Virus record (IMG/VR): IMGVR_UViG_3300028588_000786
Location: 1 to 29,651 of that record
DNA length: 29,651 bases
Strand: one strand, 5' to 3'
Source: a virus
Taxonomy: Duplodnaviria > Caudoviricetes
The notes beneath the pieces are model-generated. The model was not told the DNA's origin. It ran no database searches and saw nothing but the letters and a program-made list of their open reading frames with translations. The first letter of the stretch is position 1, and every line of letters starts with the position of its first letter. The translations under genes were made by a program, and so were the position numbers. Below, piece after piece: positions 27,895-29,651 of this stretch.

Positions 27895-27984
27895 TCAACT
27901 TTAGTTTAGTGTAATATGCATATCAAATGCTTCATGCGTTATCTCACTATTTATGATAGTAATGCTATATGGCATAGTTGATTG

Positions 27985-28404
27985 CTAAAAGCTGAGATCG
28001 TAAGCATAGGTCTCGTTTTCAATCAGCTGGGTTAAAATAGATTTTAGTAACGCCTCCCTAACCCATTGCTGCTCGGCAGGGGTGGCGTCGTTATTATACC
28101 AATTTAAAGGAGCACTAATAGTGATGCGGGTGGTGTACAGATATTTCTTTTTAGGGTGCATGCGCGTGCCTTCATAACTGTTCAGGTTTTCGGCTTTAAT
28201 GAGTTTGGTTAAATGGCTTACCGGTATGTTGAGTTGCAGGCATTCGTCCAGAGTGTTTTTGTAGTCTTGCTTATCCTCCAGCCACAGTGTGAGCGTTTGT
28301 CCGTTCAGTTCATGGTCGGCAATGGCAATGCGGCTGTAGGTGTAATCAACCGATATAATCAGCCACCACAATTCGTTACGGGTTTTTTGGTTCATTTTTA
28401 TCAT
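27985..28404 (-). CDS. Hypothetical protein, second gene of repressor-divergent unit
   Basis: 139-aa ORF with natural composition ('ELWWLIISVDYTYSRI', 'WLEDKQDYKNTLDECLQ'). Confidence 0.75.
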   Translation of the reverse strand: MIKMNQKTRNELWWLIISVDYTYSRIAIADHELNGQTLTLWLEDKQDYKNTLDECLQLNIPVSHLTKLIKAENLNSYEGTRMHPKKKYLYTTRITISAPLNWYNNDATPAEQQWVREALLKSILTQLIENETYAYDLSF

Positions 28405-28468
28405 GGGAGTATTTTGTTACGTTGTTAGGTAATAGATAGGGGAGGCGGAGTAGTTGGTTATTGTCTCC

Positions 28469-28532
28469 TGTCAGTCTGAGCTTGTTGAAGACTTGTATGC
28501 CTTGCTAAGTCTTCAACAGGCTCAGACTGACA
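28469..28532. repeat. REP-like 26-bp inverted repeat / possible terminator
   Basis: tgtcagtctgagcttgttgaagactt-N12-aagtcttcaacaggctcagactgaca, one mismatch. Confidence 0.85.
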
Positions 28533-28565
28533 ATCACAGAAAGAGGTCATAGACAGCTTGCATAA

Positions 28566-28754
28566 TTATTTAAAAGCAGGCTGCCAGCCGGGCAAGTATT
28601 GCTGAATGGCTGCTATTTCCTGCTCATATTTTTGGCAGGCTGCTTTATATCCGCGGTAGCGCAACTTTACCCTGCGGCTGGCTGGTACATTTAAGTTGGC
28701 AGTAGCCCGGGTGTTGCCATCAGTGTTTTGGAGAGCAGAGTATACGAGGCGCAT
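28566..28754 (-). CDS. Small hypothetical protein in cro position
   Basis: 62 aa, first gene divergent from the repressor; 'YKAACQKYEQEIAAIQQYLPGWQPAF'. Confidence 0.65.
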   Translation of the reverse strand: MRLVYSALQNTDGNTRATANLNVPASRRVKLRYRGYKAACQKYEQEIAAIQQYLPGWQPAFK

Positions 28755-28898
28755 GGTATGAGATGTAGTGTTGTAATTATAGGTTCTTGTAAATGGTTGT
28801 TATAAGATAGACTCGTGATAATTGATGTTTATCTTTATTTAAATACATACAAATTTGTAAAATTCAATTTTTTTGTATTTCTTTGAGTTATTACAGAA

Positions 28899-28930
28899 CA
28901 AATATAAAGAAATTTCTGTATTATTGTCAA
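28899..28930 (-). promoter_or_regulatory. Bacteroidota sigma70 leftward promoter overlapped by TACAGAA-N15-TTCTGTA inverted repeat
   Basis: Minus-strand TATATTTG (perfect TAnnTTTG) at 28899-28906 and TTG at 28928-28930, 21 nt apart; inverted repeat arms at 28892-28898 and 28914-28920. Confidence 0.65.
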
Positions 28931-28937
28931 GAAAAAG

Positions 28938-28946
28938 TTATCCACA
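28938..28946 (+). promoter_or_regulatory. Consensus DnaA box TTATCCACA
   Basis: Exact 9-mer ending 12 nt before the repressor ATG; function unproven. Confidence 0.35.
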
Positions 28947-28958
28947 AAATTAAAATCT

Positions 28959-29651
28959 ATGGAAAGTATTAATAAGGTTGGCAAAATAAAGACTATAAGA
29001 CCCGAAACATTAGAGTTTATAATTATATATAACCAATTGAAGGGTAAAGCTTTTAGCGGTAATGCAGAACTGGCCGAAGCATTAGGTTTTAATTCGCCAA
29101 GTTCCATTACAGAAATAATAAAGAGCCGCCAAAATATTGATACAGAAAAACTGCGTATTTTTAAAGAAAAATATCAGTCTTTTCTTAATGGTACTGCTGC
29201 TTTACCTGCGCCGGCTGCACCCAAGCCATATTTAGGCATCCCTATGTATGAGGTAATTGCCACTGCTTCGGGAGTGGAGGTGTATAATGATATTAACGAT
29301 ACGCAGCCCGTGGGTCACATGTATTTCCCTGGAATTGAGGACTGCGATTTTGCCTTACCTGTTTGGGGGCACTCTATGTACCCTTATCTTGAAAACGGTT
29401 GCTGGGTAGCGTTGAAAGTTATTCATGATAAAAAGATATTACCGGGTGAGGTGTATTATATAGAATGGGGCGATTACCGCATGTACAAGCGCTTATTGTC
29501 CACCGAAAAGGATGACGAAGTAATTGCGCATTCCGATAATGTTACTGAAATGATTGCCGGCCGTTTAAAGTATTCACCTTTTGTGATCAAAAAATCGGAA
29601 ATTAAAAAGCTTTGCCTGGTGAAGGATATCCACAAAAAGCACAACCATTAA
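28959..29651 (+). CDS. CI/LexA-like repressor (HTH plus S24 peptidase)
   Basis: HTH 'NAELAEALGFNSPSSITEII'; Pro/Ala linker; catalytic Ser in 'VWGHSMYP' and Lys in 'MYKRL'. Confidence 0.9.
   Translation: MESINKVGKIKTIRPETLEFIIIYNQLKGKAFSGNAELAEALGFNSPSSITEIIKSRQNIDTEKLRIFKEKYQSFLNGTAALPAPAAPKPYLGIPMYEVIATASGVEVYNDINDTQPVGHMYFPGIEDCDFALPVWGHSMYPYLENGCWVALKVIHDKKILPGEVYYIEWGDYRMYKRLLSTEKDDEVIAHSDNVTEMIAGRLKYSPFVIKKSEIKKLCLVKDIHKKHNH

Larger units (their letters stand above)
838..29651. mobile_element. Prophage-derived virion and lysis cluster with no visible replication or integration genes (GTA-like or cryptic prophage)
   Basis: Packaging, head, tail, lysis and repressor genes present; no integrase, replication or recombination genes or att repeat seen in the window; right boundary not visible. 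Confidence 0.8.

Noticed and set aside
244-29107. Numerous 60-150 aa antisense or overlapping ORFs in the track (e.g. 244-435, 12507-12875, 14250-14639, 20897-21361, 26959-27270, 28835-29107)
   Set aside because: They are shadows of well-supported genes or of repeats and have no motifs of their own

Overview
The window looks like a Bacteroidota chromosome segment, probably Sphingobacteriaceae (Mucilaginibacter-like); this is inferred from TAnnTTTG-type promoters, an SprB-like repeat and REP-like repeat families. Most of it (about 838-29651) is a mainly minus-strand, siphovirus-like virion assembly and lysis cluster. In transcription order it encodes: P22 gp3-like TerS, PBSX-family TerL, a tail chaperone pair with a -1 slippery site, three tail proteins, tape measure, a small HTH protein, ClpP protease/scaffold, major capsid, tail tube, portal, adaptor, fibres/spike, GH73 endolysin, holin and one unknown lysis-slot gene. 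A divergent CI/LexA-like S24 repressor closes the right edge. No integrase, replication, recombination or att feature is visible. Host-type genes (a GNAT and a small hypothetical) occupy the slot where an early/replication module normally lies, and most intergenic gaps carry host-type heptamer or REP-like repeats. The leading hypothesis is a domesticated, possibly SOS-inducible, gene-transfer-agent (GTA)/PBSX-like particle system in Bacteroidota; a decaying cryptic prophage is the alternative, and sequence beyond 29651 is not visible. Other notable details are twin GTGACA-N6-TGTCAC operators at identical spacing from two promoter-like motifs, an in-frame TAA splitting the tape measure gene, a tandem pair of paralogous membrane-anchored morons, an acyltransferase moron, an extra domain inside the capsid protein and a perfect DnaA box before the repressor. 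Family assignments come from motif recognition only; no searches were run.
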